Assembly (NCBI GenBank): GCA_965216565.1 | Contig: OZ244170.1 | Location: 3,808,001-3,872,000 of the forward strand | Reading direction: 5' to 3' | DNA length: 64,000 bases | From: Bythopirellula sp. | Lineage (GTDB): Bacteria; Planctomycetota; Planctomycetia; Pirellulales; Lacipirellulaceae | Translations under genes and position numbers: made by a program | Notes under the pieces: generated by a model | What the model saw: the letters and a program-made list of their open reading frames with translations, nothing else | The model's database searches: none | Told to the model about the DNA's origin: nothing | Part shown: positions 18,347-27,439 of the stretch, one piece after another | Layout: each line of letters opens with the position of its first letter | Position numbering within the stretch: position 1 is the first letter of the stretch

Positions 18347-20011
18347 TTAAATATCCAAAGCGATCTTCTCTTCCTGAGCAGCCAAACGCAGTTTGTTCAG
18401 CGCCCGGGCTTCGATCTGGCGGATGCGTTCCTTCGTCACGCCCAATTCCGCGCCGACTTCCTTCAAAGTCAGCGGCTCGCGGGCATGATCCAGGCCAAAG
18501 CGTCCGATGATGATCTTCTGCTCGCGCTCGTCCAGCCGACGCAGGATGCGTTGCACCTTCGACAGCCGATCGGCTTGCAGCGTCTCTTCAATCATCGGGT
18601 TGCCACGACCCTCTTCGGTGGAACTGAACAGCTCGTCGTGACTCGTACGGAAACGATCGCGTTGACGATACTCGCTCGGAATCGTGCGGGCAAAGTTCTT
18701 CATGATCGCCCAACTGGCGTACGTGCTGAACTTGTTGCCGCGGGCAAAATCGAACTTCTCCACCGCTCGCAGCAGCGACAAGTTGCCGTCGCTCACCAGC
18801 TCGAAGAAATTCTGGTCCGGCGACACATGCCGCTTGGCAATCGAAACCACCAACCGCAGGTTCGCACGCGCGATTTGGTTCTTCATGTTGACGATCTGCT
18901 CGTACAACTCTTCGATCTCGTCCATCACCGCCGCTTTGGGATTCTCAAAATCGAGCGTTTCCCGCAATCGGCTAGCCTTGAACTTCAGGTAGTTGTACTT
19001 ACGGAACAAGTGCTGCTCCTGCTCTTTGTTCAACAGCGGAATCTCATACAAGCTCGCCAAGTACGGCGGTAATCCCGAAGGTCGGCGCGGCTTACGCGTC
19101 GGCTTCTCGGCCTCAGGCATGGGGCCTAGGCAAGCCTTGTCGGCACCCTTGCGAGCAAACCGCGGGTTGGGCATGAACTCAAGCTGCAGATCGGCAATCC
19201 GCTCCGCACGCATCTCGTTCACAATCCGATAGATGGTAGTTTTCGTCCGGTTGTAATCGCGGCAAAGCCGTTCGACAGACAGACCGCGACGGAACGCGCG
19301 GAAGATATTCTTCTTCTGCACTTCGTTCAGAGGACCGCCACCCGCAGGGAACAACGCATCCTCGGGGTTATCGATATCGTGCTGACGCAGAGCGGTTCGT
19401 ACCGTCTCGACGCTACGACCGGTGCGCTCAGCAAGCTGTCGGGCAATCTCGGCTTGGGTATGACCCATGTTGGCCATTTGCCGGGCCCGGTCGATAAACT
19501 CGTCGCGTTGCTCGTCAGTTAATTGACTAAATCGCGCTCCGCGCTCCACACGCTCGGCATTGTTCTTCACAAACCGATCGACGCTACTGCGCAGAAAACC
19601 GACACGCTTGCGACCATCGAAAACCAATCGACGGCTTACCAAACCGAGGGCTCGCCACCGGGAGATCGTCTTGGTCGAAACGTTGAACTGCTTAGCTAGC
19701 TCTTCGACGGTAAAGACTTGTTCGCCAACGGTATCGGCACTCAAGTCGGCCGAGTCCGAAAGATCCTCGACAAACAATCGCAGGTCGTGGACCAGGTCGC
19801 TACCAGGAATACGGCGATTCCCCGCTTGCGGCAGGGGCTCGCCTGCAATGTGTGGCAAGACCTCGCCGGCCGGATAGTTTCCGTCGTTTTCGATTTTACC
19901 GATGAGTTGCTCAGCGGCATTAATTTGTGAAAGGGCCGACTCCCGGGTCAGCTGTTGCTGCTGCCGGTCGCGGAGCCATTTCAGCAATGGACTTTTATAA
20001 TCTTGATGCAT
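18347..20011 (-). CDS. Sigma-70 family RNA polymerase sigma factor with long HTH-containing N-terminus
   Basis: Region 1.2 (YLASLYEIPLL), region 2 (ANLRLVVSIAK, GNKFSTYASW), region 4 (TLKEVGAELGVTKERIRQIEARALNKLR). Confidence 0.93.
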   Translation of the reverse strand: MHQDYKSPLLKWLRDRQQQQLTRESALSQINAAEQLIGKIENDGNYPAGEVLPHIAGEPLPQAGNRRIPGSDLVHDLRLFVEDLSDSADLSADTVGEQVFTVEELAKQFNVSTKTISRWRALGLVSRRLVFDGRKRVGFLRSSVDRFVKNNAERVERGARFSQLTDEQRDEFIDRARQMANMGHTQAEIARQLAERTGRSVETVRTALRQHDIDNPEDALFPAGGGPLNEVQKKNIFRAFRRGLSVERLCRDYNRTKTTIYRIVNEMRAERIADLQLEFMPNPRFARKGADKACLGPMPEAEKPTRKPRRPSGLPPYLASLYEIPLLNKEQEQHLFRKYNYLKFKASRLRETLDFENPKAAVMDEIEELYEQIVNMKNQIARANLRLVVSIAKRHVSPDQNFFELVSDGNLSLLRAVEKFDFARGNKFSTYASWAIMKNFARTIPSEYRQRDRFRTSHDELFSSTEEGRGNPMIEETLQADRLSKVQRILRRLDEREQKIIIGRFGLDHAREPLTLKEVGAELGVTKERIRQIEARALNKLRLAAQEEKIALDI

Positions 20012-20180
20012 GTTCCACCTCTTCTCGTCTGGGTGCCTCTAGTCTGTCGAAGATCTGTTAGTGGAATTCCTTGCGATACGTGTCGCCCACCTCGTTCGAT
20101 TTCTTCTCTCTATCTACCTCTGTAGATTTCCAATCTGTAGTGCCAAGTGCCTCCTGCTTCTCTACTTACTAATCAATTGC

Positions 20181-20280
20181 GGAATCAAGGAAAGATAACT
20201 TCTCCAAAATCCCTCGCCCCCATGGGGAGAGGCTAGGTGAGGGGACTCTATAAATACGGAAGTTATCTTTCCTCGATTCC
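20181..20280. mobile_element. 100-bp MITE-like element with 22-bp terminal inverted repeats
   Basis: GGAATCAAGGAAAGATAACTTC (20181-20202) vs 20259-20280, 21/22 complementary; internal REP-like GGGGAGAGGCTAGGTGAGGGG. Confidence 0.65.
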
Positions 20281-20690
20281 TTAGTTCGTGCTGCCTCAAA
20301 TATGTCGCACGAACTGGCGTTTTCCTTACGCCAAATCTGCTATCTGCTAAGGGTTGGGTAAGCCCGGAAAAGCCTGCCGCGGTCGACTTGACTGCGGTGC
20401 CGTCGCTGCTATCAGCAACTTGGGTCTAAAGGTTGTACGCAGATTAGTAGCTATGGGTCGATAGAAAGTTCGCCCTCTAGAAACCTTCTACGCAAGTATA
20501 CCACTCAAACTATCTCCCTAACCGCTTATTGCACAAGCACTTAACGAGATTTCTCTGAAATCGTCCAAATTTGTCCTGCATAAAACACCTAGAACGCCAA
20601 AGCCATCGGGAAATCCCTGACAGCCCCCGCCCCGCGACAGCGGAAAATACGCTGAACTGTCTAGCCCGTGGGCGTCGATTTGAGAGTTTA

Positions 20691-20753
20691 GAGAGGAGAG
20701 TCAAGAGTCCAGAGACTCCTAGCTCTTCTCTCTGGACTCTCGACTCTCCTCTC
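20691..20753. repeat. Long inverted repeat built from ~7-mer purine/pyrimidine units
   Basis: GAGAGGAGAGTCAAGAGTCCAGAGA pairs 24/25 with TCTCTGGACTCTCGACTCTCCTCTC. Confidence 0.75.
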
Positions 20754-20774
20754 TCAACTCGCCAGGACCAACCG

Positions 20775-22148
20775 ATGCGAATACTCGCCGCCCTCAATGC
20801 ATTCGCCTTTGCCTTCGTAATCTTGGGGACCTGCTCCATAAAGCTGGCCGTGGCTGGATTCGTTCTGGAAGCCAACCCCGATACCAAAGCCACCACCACC
20901 GTGAACATCTCGCTGGAGGCGGGTGGCAATTTCATCAGCACCGAAGAAGGGCAAACCGTTTCGCAACCGATGAACGTCGCCGCCCAGTTTGCGTACCACG
21001 AACGAATGGTAGCCTGGTCGGCCGATTCCAAAGCCGTGGCTCGCTCCGTCCGTCAATACGATACGGCCTCGGCCACCATCAAATACACCGACCACCAGTT
21101 GCAACCCACGCTGCCAGAAAACACGGGCCCGATCGTCGCAGAAATCCGCGGCGGTTACCTGGCCTTGAACTCGGTAGGTGGTAATCTCAATCGCAAGCAA
21201 TTCGATTTGGTAAATGTCAGCGGCGATTCGCTCGCACTCGACCGACTGCTGCCTGGCAAAGAAGTGGCCGAAGGTGAAAACTGGTCGCACGATACCGCCA
21301 CCATCGCCCCGCTTTTGGGAATGGACCACGTGGCCGTCTGCGAAGTCAGCAGCGTGGTCACCGGCGAGTCGCAGAAGCAGGTACAAATTCGCATGGCGGG
21401 GACCGTCCACGGTACGATCGACGGAGCACCCACCGAAATTGAGCTTCGTGGTGCCTACCTGTTTCATCAAGGACAGAAACGAATCACGAAGTTCAACCTG
21501 GCCATCAAAGAAAACCGCTCCGCCGGCGAAGTGGTCCCGGGCCTCGACACCGTGGCGCAACTCCGCATCACGCTGCAGCCCGCTTCCAAACGGCATCGGA
21601 TCGACGACCGACTTGTCAACCAAGTTAGCGATCTCGCCAAACCCGTTTCGCATGGATTGCTGTTCGAGAGCGAAAAGTTTGGCTTTCGACTCCTCCACGA
21701 TGTGGCCTGGTACATCACCGGCGAGCAAAGCGATCTCGTGTCGTTCCGCCATCTGCAAGAAGGCCGACTCACCGCCCACTGCAATATCTCCAGCCTGCCC
21801 GCGCGGAGCGAAGGACGCGCGACGACGTTGGAAGAATTTGAACGCGACGTCCGCGCTTCGATCGGTGACAACTTGAAGAAAGTGACCGCCAGCCGCGAGT
21901 GGACAACCGCCCAACAAAACTCTTGCCTAGGCGTGGTGGCCACCGGCGAAGTCGAAGGCGTCGCCGTCCAGTGGCGTTACTATCTGATCGCCTCGCCCAA
22001 CAAGCCCCGCGTCTCGCTCGCCGTCACCGTAGAAGATTCGCTGGCAGAAACCTTCGCCGACGCCGACCGCCAACTAGTCGATGGCCTGGTGCTAGGCACC
22101 GACACGCCCCTAGAAACTGCACGCCGCCGCTCGCGGACTGCCCGCTAG
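20775..22148 (+). CDS. Conserved hypothetical exported protein
   Basis: AGGA RBS, ATG 20775, signal peptide MRILAALNAFAFAFVIL; GC3-biased codons. Confidence 0.75.
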   Translation: MRILAALNAFAFAFVILGTCSIKLAVAGFVLEANPDTKATTTVNISLEAGGNFISTEEGQTVSQPMNVAAQFAYHERMVAWSADSKAVARSVRQYDTASATIKYTDHQLQPTLPENTGPIVAEIRGGYLALNSVGGNLNRKQFDLVNVSGDSLALDRLLPGKEVAEGENWSHDTATIAPLLGMDHVAVCEVSSVVTGESQKQVQIRMAGTVHGTIDGAPTEIELRGAYLFHQGQKRITKFNLAIKENRSAGEVVPGLDTVAQLRITLQPASKRHRIDDRLVNQVSDLAKPVSHGLLFESEKFGFRLLHDVAWYITGEQSDLVSFRHLQEGRLTAHCNISSLPARSEGRATTLEEFERDVRASIGDNLKKVTASREWTTAQQNSCLGVVATGEVEGVAVQWRYYLIASPNKPRVSLAVTVEDSLAETFADADRQLVDGLVLGTDTPLETARRRSRTAR

Positions 22149-22153
22149 AATAG

Positions 22154-22184
22154 GTGGGCTGACGCTTCGCATTGCCCACGCTAC
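22154..22184 (-). repeat. GTAG-type REP palindrome
   Basis: Reverse complement reads GTAGCGTGGGCAATGCGAAGCGTCAGCCCAC, similar to 3885-3916. Confidence 0.7.
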
Positions 22185-22319
22185 ACACTAGGGCCGCGCT
22201 ATGCCAGGTTAGCGCCAGCCTACCTGGGTCGCGCAGCGACAAGAGGCCATCAGCGTGCTAGGTAGAGTGCGTAATAATCACAAAGTATCTGCGGTGGTTC
22301 ATACCGACGCTGTTTTGAG

Positions 22320-23051
22320 TCAGGCAACTTTGACCGCCCCAAACGCTGCAAAGCAAGAGTTCTTATGCAGTAGTTCGACTTGGCTAAAGCCGACGCTTCG
22401 GAGCAATTCGAGTTGGTAGGTTACCGGCCTCGGCGAATCTTCACGGTCAATATATTCGAACACTTTGTCTCGATAGGTGGAGTCCTTCAACGTTACGAGG
22501 TATTCTCCATAGCGACTCCACATCATTTCTTGAACAGCTTCCGTTTCGTGCATTACCAAGTCGGTAATCCAAACACTTCCGCCGGGACGAAGTAGACGAT
22601 AAAACTTGGAGAAAACGTTTCGCCAGTCTTCATCATCACGTAAGTGATGAAGAACGGCGGCGGCAAGAATTACATCGTAATCACAGTCACGCAAGCTGGC
22701 CTCCCTGAAGTCGGATGCAATGGGTTTGATCATTCCCTCATTCACAGCACTTACGCGTTCAATTGCTCGATTTAGCATGGGCTCGCTTAGGTCGACCAAA
22801 TCTACTGAAAAACCATTTCCGAGTGCCTTTCGTAGTTGGATTGTATTGTTGCCAGCCCCACAGCCAATATCCAACACTCTATCTATTGGGGACGTTGCGG
22901 CAACTGCCGCTGCTGTAATCAAATCCATCACAAGAGGAGCGTCGATTGTTGCTGATTGTCCAGTCTCAAGGTTAGAAAACCGTTCAACATCGTTGTCGAA
23001 CCGTTCTCTGATTTCTGTTGTGGTCGATTTCTTGTCTAACGGAGTAGGCAC
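22320..23051 (-). CDS. Class I SAM-dependent methyltransferase (GTG start inferred)
   Basis: VLDIGCGAG motif I, DLSEPML, AVLHHL, LRPGG. Confidence 0.9.
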   Translation of the reverse strand: MPTPLDKKSTTTEIRERFDNDVERFSNLETGQSATIDAPLVMDLITAAAVAATSPIDRVLDIGCGAGNNTIQLRKALGNGFSVDLVDLSEPMLNRAIERVSAVNEGMIKPIASDFREASLRDCDYDVILAAAVLHHLRDDEDWRNVFSKFYRLLRPGGSVWITDLVMHETEAVQEMMWSRYGEYLVTLKDSTYRDKVFEYIDREDSPRPVTYQLELLRSVGFSQVELLHKNSCFAAFGAVKVA

Positions 23052-23261
23052 AAATACCCTTCCAAGTAGCCAATTGCGGTATACAGCTCTCAAAGAATAG
23101 CAGTTTGATATCGGTTTAGACAGACGGTGATACCAGAGGGTTCGTTACGGACATCCTCTATCACCTACCGTGAAATAGCCTGGTGAACGTCAGACATACC
23201 CGTAGCCCTTGATCACTCTGCTGAGTATTTACGGCACGCGGTCACCAGAGCCTCAATAGAT

Positions 23262-25697
23262 TTATTTCCGACAAGATCGGCTGCCAATGTGCAGAATTGC
23301 TAAGAGCGTAAGAGTGAAAGAAGTAGGTTCAGGGATATTCGGTCGGGCCATCTTTAGCTCTCCAAGTCGGACTTTCACTCTGGCATCGACTGAGAAGAAA
23401 TCACCGTTTCCAGCCGCGGAGTTGAGCAGAAAACTATAAGGCGTACCGTCGCCTAGAACCCCTGACAACTCAACGTCGCGATCCTCGATTAACAGTTCTT
23501 GCTCTGGTAAGGAACTGAGCGAGGAAGTCAAGTCGACTCCATCCAAGAAGACTGTTTCTACAAAAAATGTAACGTCGCTGCCCGAATTACTACTGAAGCC
23601 ATCACCAAAGATTCCTCCACCAATGTTTGCCACACCATCAAGAGAGAAGTTCTCGCCTACAGTTCCCCCACCAATCGTGGCAGCGCTGCCGAGCTCAATC
23701 GAAACTCCATCACCAATACTACCCCCGAAGACGTTAACGGTTGAACCTAGCGGAGCGGCGAAACCGCTGCCCAAACCCCCATTCTCCAAGTTGAGAACAC
23801 TGCCCTCGCGAAGCAACAGATTGGTTCCTAAGAATCCTCCATTGATGGTCAGCTCACTATTTTCTTCGGCGAGCAGATTCCCGAAGTCACCTCCACGAAC
23901 TTCTACTTCACTGCCTCTTGCAGCCACAAACCAATCGCCAATCGTTCCTCCGGTGATAACCACTTTAGCATTCTCATTGGCAACCATGCGTTCCCCGATT
24001 TCTCCACCGTTAATGATCACTTCGCTGCCTCTATAGATGTAGAAGTTGCTACCTACCATTCCGCTGTTTATCGTTACCTGGGTACCTGCAACTTTGAAAT
24101 AGTCCCCGATTCCTCCTCCCTCAACACTTATGCTGGAATCGACTGCTGCAAAACCGGGTCCTAGGTTTCCCCCATTCTCGAGAATTAGTGATTGCCCTGC
24201 ACGCAATCCTTTCGGAGCTGGATCAGTAGGTACTGTTAACTCAGAGGGTCCTGCCGTAGGAATACTCGCTTGCGTGAGCGACATACTACCTATGCGGTCG
24301 CTGTAGCTTGTGGCCCTGGTGGAGTAGATTTTGTCTGAATTGAAAATGAATACCGATCCGTCGGTCAGCACTCCAGACAAGAGTGAGCCAAGTGGCAGAT
24401 AACTGAGTGAATTGACAGGAGCGCCATCAAGCATGAATTCACCCCCGATAACATTGAAGTCAGTGCCACTATTTACAACAATTTCCGGTCCGAGGGCCCC
24501 TCCGCTCAAATGGAAGGAGCCACTGATCCGGGCTCCAGCCCCAAGGGAACCACCCATAAACCTGATCTCACTGCTTGGAAAAGCAAGCAGATCATCACCA
24601 ATAGTTCCACCAAGGACGTCAAGTCGAGCCACTTGTGTGGGGTGAGTAATTCTTGCGGATCGGAAGCCATCACCAAATGTCCCTCCCGAGATGGTAACGG
24701 TGCTATCTGGATAGGTCTCAAAACCATCACCGATTGTTCCTCCAGTGATTGACACCGTGCTGCCGCCATAAGCGCGAAACTCCGATCCTATCGTTCCACC
24801 ATTGATAGAAAAGACTCCGCCACCATGAACCGCCGACTGTGCCCCAAGTTCACCTTCGTCAAAAGTAACGTCGCTACCATTGAATGCAGCAAGGCCGTCA
24901 CCGATATTCCCGCCGGATATGTTTACATCGCTGTTCCTGTGAATTTGCATCCGTGCACCAATCTCACCTGAAGTAATATTTACATTCGTATTAGCTATCT
25001 CCAACGCTTCTCCCACCGTTCCACCACTTACATTCAATGTTCCACCGATAGATGTAAAAAACTTCGGCAGGCTACCTCCAGGCTCGACATTGAGTGTTTG
25101 AGTACGCCTTAACCCTCTTGGTATTGGATCATTTGGCACTGTAATAGGATTAGGATCTAATGTGGGAATTGACGTGGTTATTAGCGTCGTTCTTTCACTA
25201 AGGATAAAGTCACCAAAGAAATTGCTGGAACTGGAATCAGTTTCAGTCCTTTGTTGGAAGAAGACAAAAGCAGTGCCGTCAGTTGTTATCCCGGTTAGAA
25301 TGCCGCCAGTCGATGATGGTACATTTGGAACCGTTGTAGTTGGGACTCCATCGAGTTCAAATTCACCACCCAAAATGGTGGCCTCACCCTGGTGCACAAT
25401 ATCAAGACCAATTGAACCCCCGCTATAGTTGAACTTCGAACGAGAAAATCCAAATAGTCCATTACCAATCGAGCCACCCGTGAGATTGACCTCTGAGTCC
25501 GCCCAAAGAATGAGACTATCCCCTGCGCTACCACCTTCGCCAATATTTACCTGAGTACCTGTGACGATGGTTTCTCTATCTCCAAGATTTGGACTCGGTG
25601 GGATGTTGAGAATCGTTGAAAATTGTGCATCTGCACAAATAGACATAGGGAAAGAAATTATCAAACTCAATCCAACTTGGCTGAAAATTCGATTCAT
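23262..25697 (-). CDS. PEP-CTERM protein with Gly-rich beta-helix repeats (no dockerin module)
   Basis: Signal peptide; many SxVxIxGGxIG repeats; duplicated VPxDPxPxGLR.Q.L..EpGG.L unit; IPEP-TM. Confidence 0.88.
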   Translation of the reverse strand: MNRIFSQVGLSLIISFPMSICADAQFSTILNIPPSPNLGDRETIVTGTQVNIGEGGSAGDSLILWADSEVNLTGGSIGNGLFGFSRSKFNYSGGSIGLDIVHQGEATILGGEFELDGVPTTTVPNVPSSTGGILTGITTDGTAFVFFQQRTETDSSSSNFFGDFILSERTTLITTSIPTLDPNPITVPNDPIPRGLRRTQTLNVEPGGSLPKFFTSIGGTLNVSGGTVGEALEIANTNVNITSGEIGARMQIHRNSDVNISGGNIGDGLAAFNGSDVTFDEGELGAQSAVHGGGVFSINGGTIGSEFRAYGGSTVSITGGTIGDGFETYPDSTVTISGGTFGDGFRSARITHPTQVARLDVLGGTIGDDLLAFPSSEIRFMGGSLGAGARISGSFHLSGGALGPEIVVNSGTDFNVIGGEFMLDGAPVNSLSYLPLGSLLSGVLTDGSVFIFNSDKIYSTRATSYSDRIGSMSLTQASIPTAGPSELTVPTDPAPKGLRAGQSLILENGGNLGPGFAAVDSSISVEGGGIGDYFKVAGTQVTINSGMVGSNFYIYRGSEVIINGGEIGERMVANENAKVVITGGTIGDWFVAARGSEVEVRGGDFGNLLAEENSELTINGGFLGTNLLLREGSVLNLENGGLGSGFAAPLGSTVNVFGGSIGDGVSIELGSAATIGGGTVGENFSLDGVANIGGGIFGDGFSSNSGSDVTFFVETVFLDGVDLTSSLSSLPEQELLIEDRDVELSGVLGDGTPYSFLLNSAAGNGDFFSVDARVKVRLGELKMARPNIPEPTSFTLTLLAILHIGSRSCRK

Positions 25698-25718
25698 AGG
25701 TTTATTCTTCCGCGCACG

Positions 25719-25785
25719 AAAAAGCCCCTACGAATCTCGCACTACAGACATCCATGGGAAGCCCGAGTGAATTGATTCGTAGGGG
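25719..25785 (-). terminator. Intrinsic terminator inside the 5' leader of the PEP-CTERM gene (attenuator candidate)
   Basis: Perfect 12-bp stem CCCCTACGAATC/GATTCGTAGGGG followed by a T tract, about 20 nt upstream of the ATG. Confidence 0.65.
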
Positions 25786-25842
25786 ATTAGCGTTAGTTCT
25801 TATCGGGTGTTAGTTGCGAGGGTCGAAACGCCGAACTCTCGT

Positions 25843-25872
25843 ATTCTAACCTTTAGTTCAGGTAAGGAGCAA
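25843..25872 (-). promoter_or_regulatory. Sigma-70-type promoter
   Basis: TTGCTC-18 nt-TAGAAT on the minus strand. Confidence 0.5.
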
Positions 25873-26173
25873 AACTTTTCTGTAGGAGAATGCCAACTAG
25901 ACCAATATACTTAGATGAAATTCAATCGAAGTAGGAAGTTGGCAAGGTATTCCCACTGTCCTAAATCGCTATGCCATTTCAGTTTACATGCCATAATTGC
26001 TAGTTAGTTGGCATTTCAAGAGGCTTTAGTGTACTAGCTCTCCGTTTCAGTCGCCCGCTTTCAACCTTGGTTCAGCTATTCTTATAAAACGCGTCGGAGT
26101 GAAACGCTAAGGCACTTTGGGGCGGTGCCAAATTTGCCCCACATCGCTTTCTTGCGAGGCTCGGATTCAAGCA

Positions 26174-26560
26174 GATTCCACCAGGGGTGGAACTCACCTC
26201 CGCTGGAATCTTCTTATTGCCGGGTGCCATGGCCACGCCGGAGCAACTAATAGTTTTCGCAAACTTGCCGATTCTCCAACATGGCCACGCCGAAGCAACT
26301 GAAGGTCTTGGCGAACTTGCCGATACTCCAACATGCCCACGCAACACCTCGGAGCAGGCAGCGTGGCCATGTGTGTTGTCGTGTCTCAGAAACCAACAAG
26401 CGTGGGCATGGCACCCGGCCCTCAGCGTTTGTATCTTTCCGGAAAAGGGTCAAAAGTGGGAGAGTATCGACCCACGAGAGAATTCTTGGGTAGCACCGAC
26501 ACTTGTCCGCAATAATCGTTGCCATCCGTTAGGCCTTATTCGGACACGTGTCGGTGTCGC
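26174..26560. repeat. Cluster of REP/MITE-like palindromes and a 52-bp tandem repeat
   Basis: CATG(G/C)CCACG at 26228, 26280, 26332 (52-bp period); terminal IR 26221-26237/26401-26417; further IRs GATTCCA..TGGAATC and CACCGACACTTGTCCG..CGGACACGTGTCGGTG. Confidence 0.75.
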
Positions 26561-26681
26561 TTGCGATAAGAGGCAATCCGGGTCTGCCTCCTGTGCTACG
26601 CACACCGACAATCGGCCGAACAAGATTTATCGAGTGGCGATGTCAACTACGACCGACTGTCGGTGCCACCCGCGTGGGAAT

Positions 26682-27002
26682 TCAGCCTGAATCTTGATTG
26701 CCATTGCGAGAGAATACAGCCACAAAGATTAAGCTTAGTAAGAATCCGAAAAAACCTCCGACCACTGCCCCTGGAGCAATGCCAATAAAGGCAAAATCCC
26801 CCGCTCCCCGCTGAAAAGCGATGATCGGACCAACAGTCATTCCGATAGCTGCACCACAGCACGCAGATAACGCTAAACAACAACCCGTGATTAATTTCGA
26901 GGGTTTAGTTGCTTTCTTGGTGTTCTGGCTGTCGGTGTTATCTGGCGTTGACATCGTCCGTTCATAGTAAGGAAACGGGATTAGTGGAGCTAGCCTATCC
27001 AC
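26682..27002 (-). CDS. Small two-TM membrane protein (probable start MSTPD at 26954)
   Basis: Two Gly-rich hydrophobic helices. Confidence 0.6.
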   Translation of the reverse strand: MDRLAPLIPFPYYERTMSTPDNTDSQNTKKATKPSKLITGCCLALSACCGAAIGMTVGPIIAFQRGAGDFAFIGIAPGAVVGGFFGFLLSLIFVAVFSRNGNQDSG

Positions 27003-27209
27003 AAGAGAAGGGACTCACCTCCGCTGGAATCTTCTGATCGCCAACCTACCTTAGCATTGTCATTCCGTAATGCTTCCTCAGTGATTCTTATTATTAACTG
27101 ATCGCGTAGCCAGCAATTCCTAGCGAGGCGTTTCGACAACTGTTTGGGGACGACTTGCCAAAACCGCTCTCTTCGTCGCCCAGCAATTCCTAGGTAGAAT
27201 CAATCACTA

Positions 27210-27353
27210 GCCGTGATGCTGAGTTTACCCGACGAGGAGGGAATCGCACGGCGTGCAAGTGCCAATTCCCGACGGGCTCAATCCCCGTAAATCCTCAGTT
27301 TTTGGGCCACGACGGTAAACACCGCACCCACACCCGGACAGTTCGTCACAGGC
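27210..27353 (+). ncRNA. Candidate stand-alone structured RNA, family unrecognised
   Basis: TAGAAT -10 at 27195-27200; nested stems GCCGTGATGCTG/CAGTTCGTCACAGGC, GTTTACC/GGTAAAC, GAGGA/TCCTC, GGGAAT/ATTCCC, ACGGG/CCCGT; wobble pairs are G-U on the + strand. Confidence 0.65.
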
Positions 27354-27363
27354 AGAATCGCGG

Positions 27364-27391
27364 AAAAAGCGAATTCCGCATTTGCGAATTC
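27364..27391 (-). terminator. Probable glgC terminator
   Basis: GAATTC(C)GCA/TGCGAATTC hairpin with a T5 tract on the minus strand. Confidence 0.5.
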
Positions 27392-27439
27392 CACACTCCC
27401 TGGTGTCAGCAAATTAAAGTGACACAAGATGTGATTCGC

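Noticed and set aside
20754..21917. 387-aa antisense ORF
   Set aside because: It fully overlaps the + strand exported protein gene, which has an RBS, a signal peptide and normal codon bias.
26228..26371. 52-bp periodic repeat as a mini CRISPR array
   Set aside because: The 'spacers' are near-copies of each other, there are only about 2.3 units, and no cas genes are present. It fits a tandem duplication within a palindromic element.
27210..27353. Cobalamin riboswitch, 6S, SRP, hammerhead or pistol ribozyme identity for the structured RNA
   Set aside because: Only fragments match (GGGAA..GTGCAA; GGGCCACG; CTGAGGA on the minus strand). The B12 box, SRP GGAA/AGCAG loop, hammerhead GAAA and the unbranched 6S rod are absent, and there is no downstream gene to regulate.
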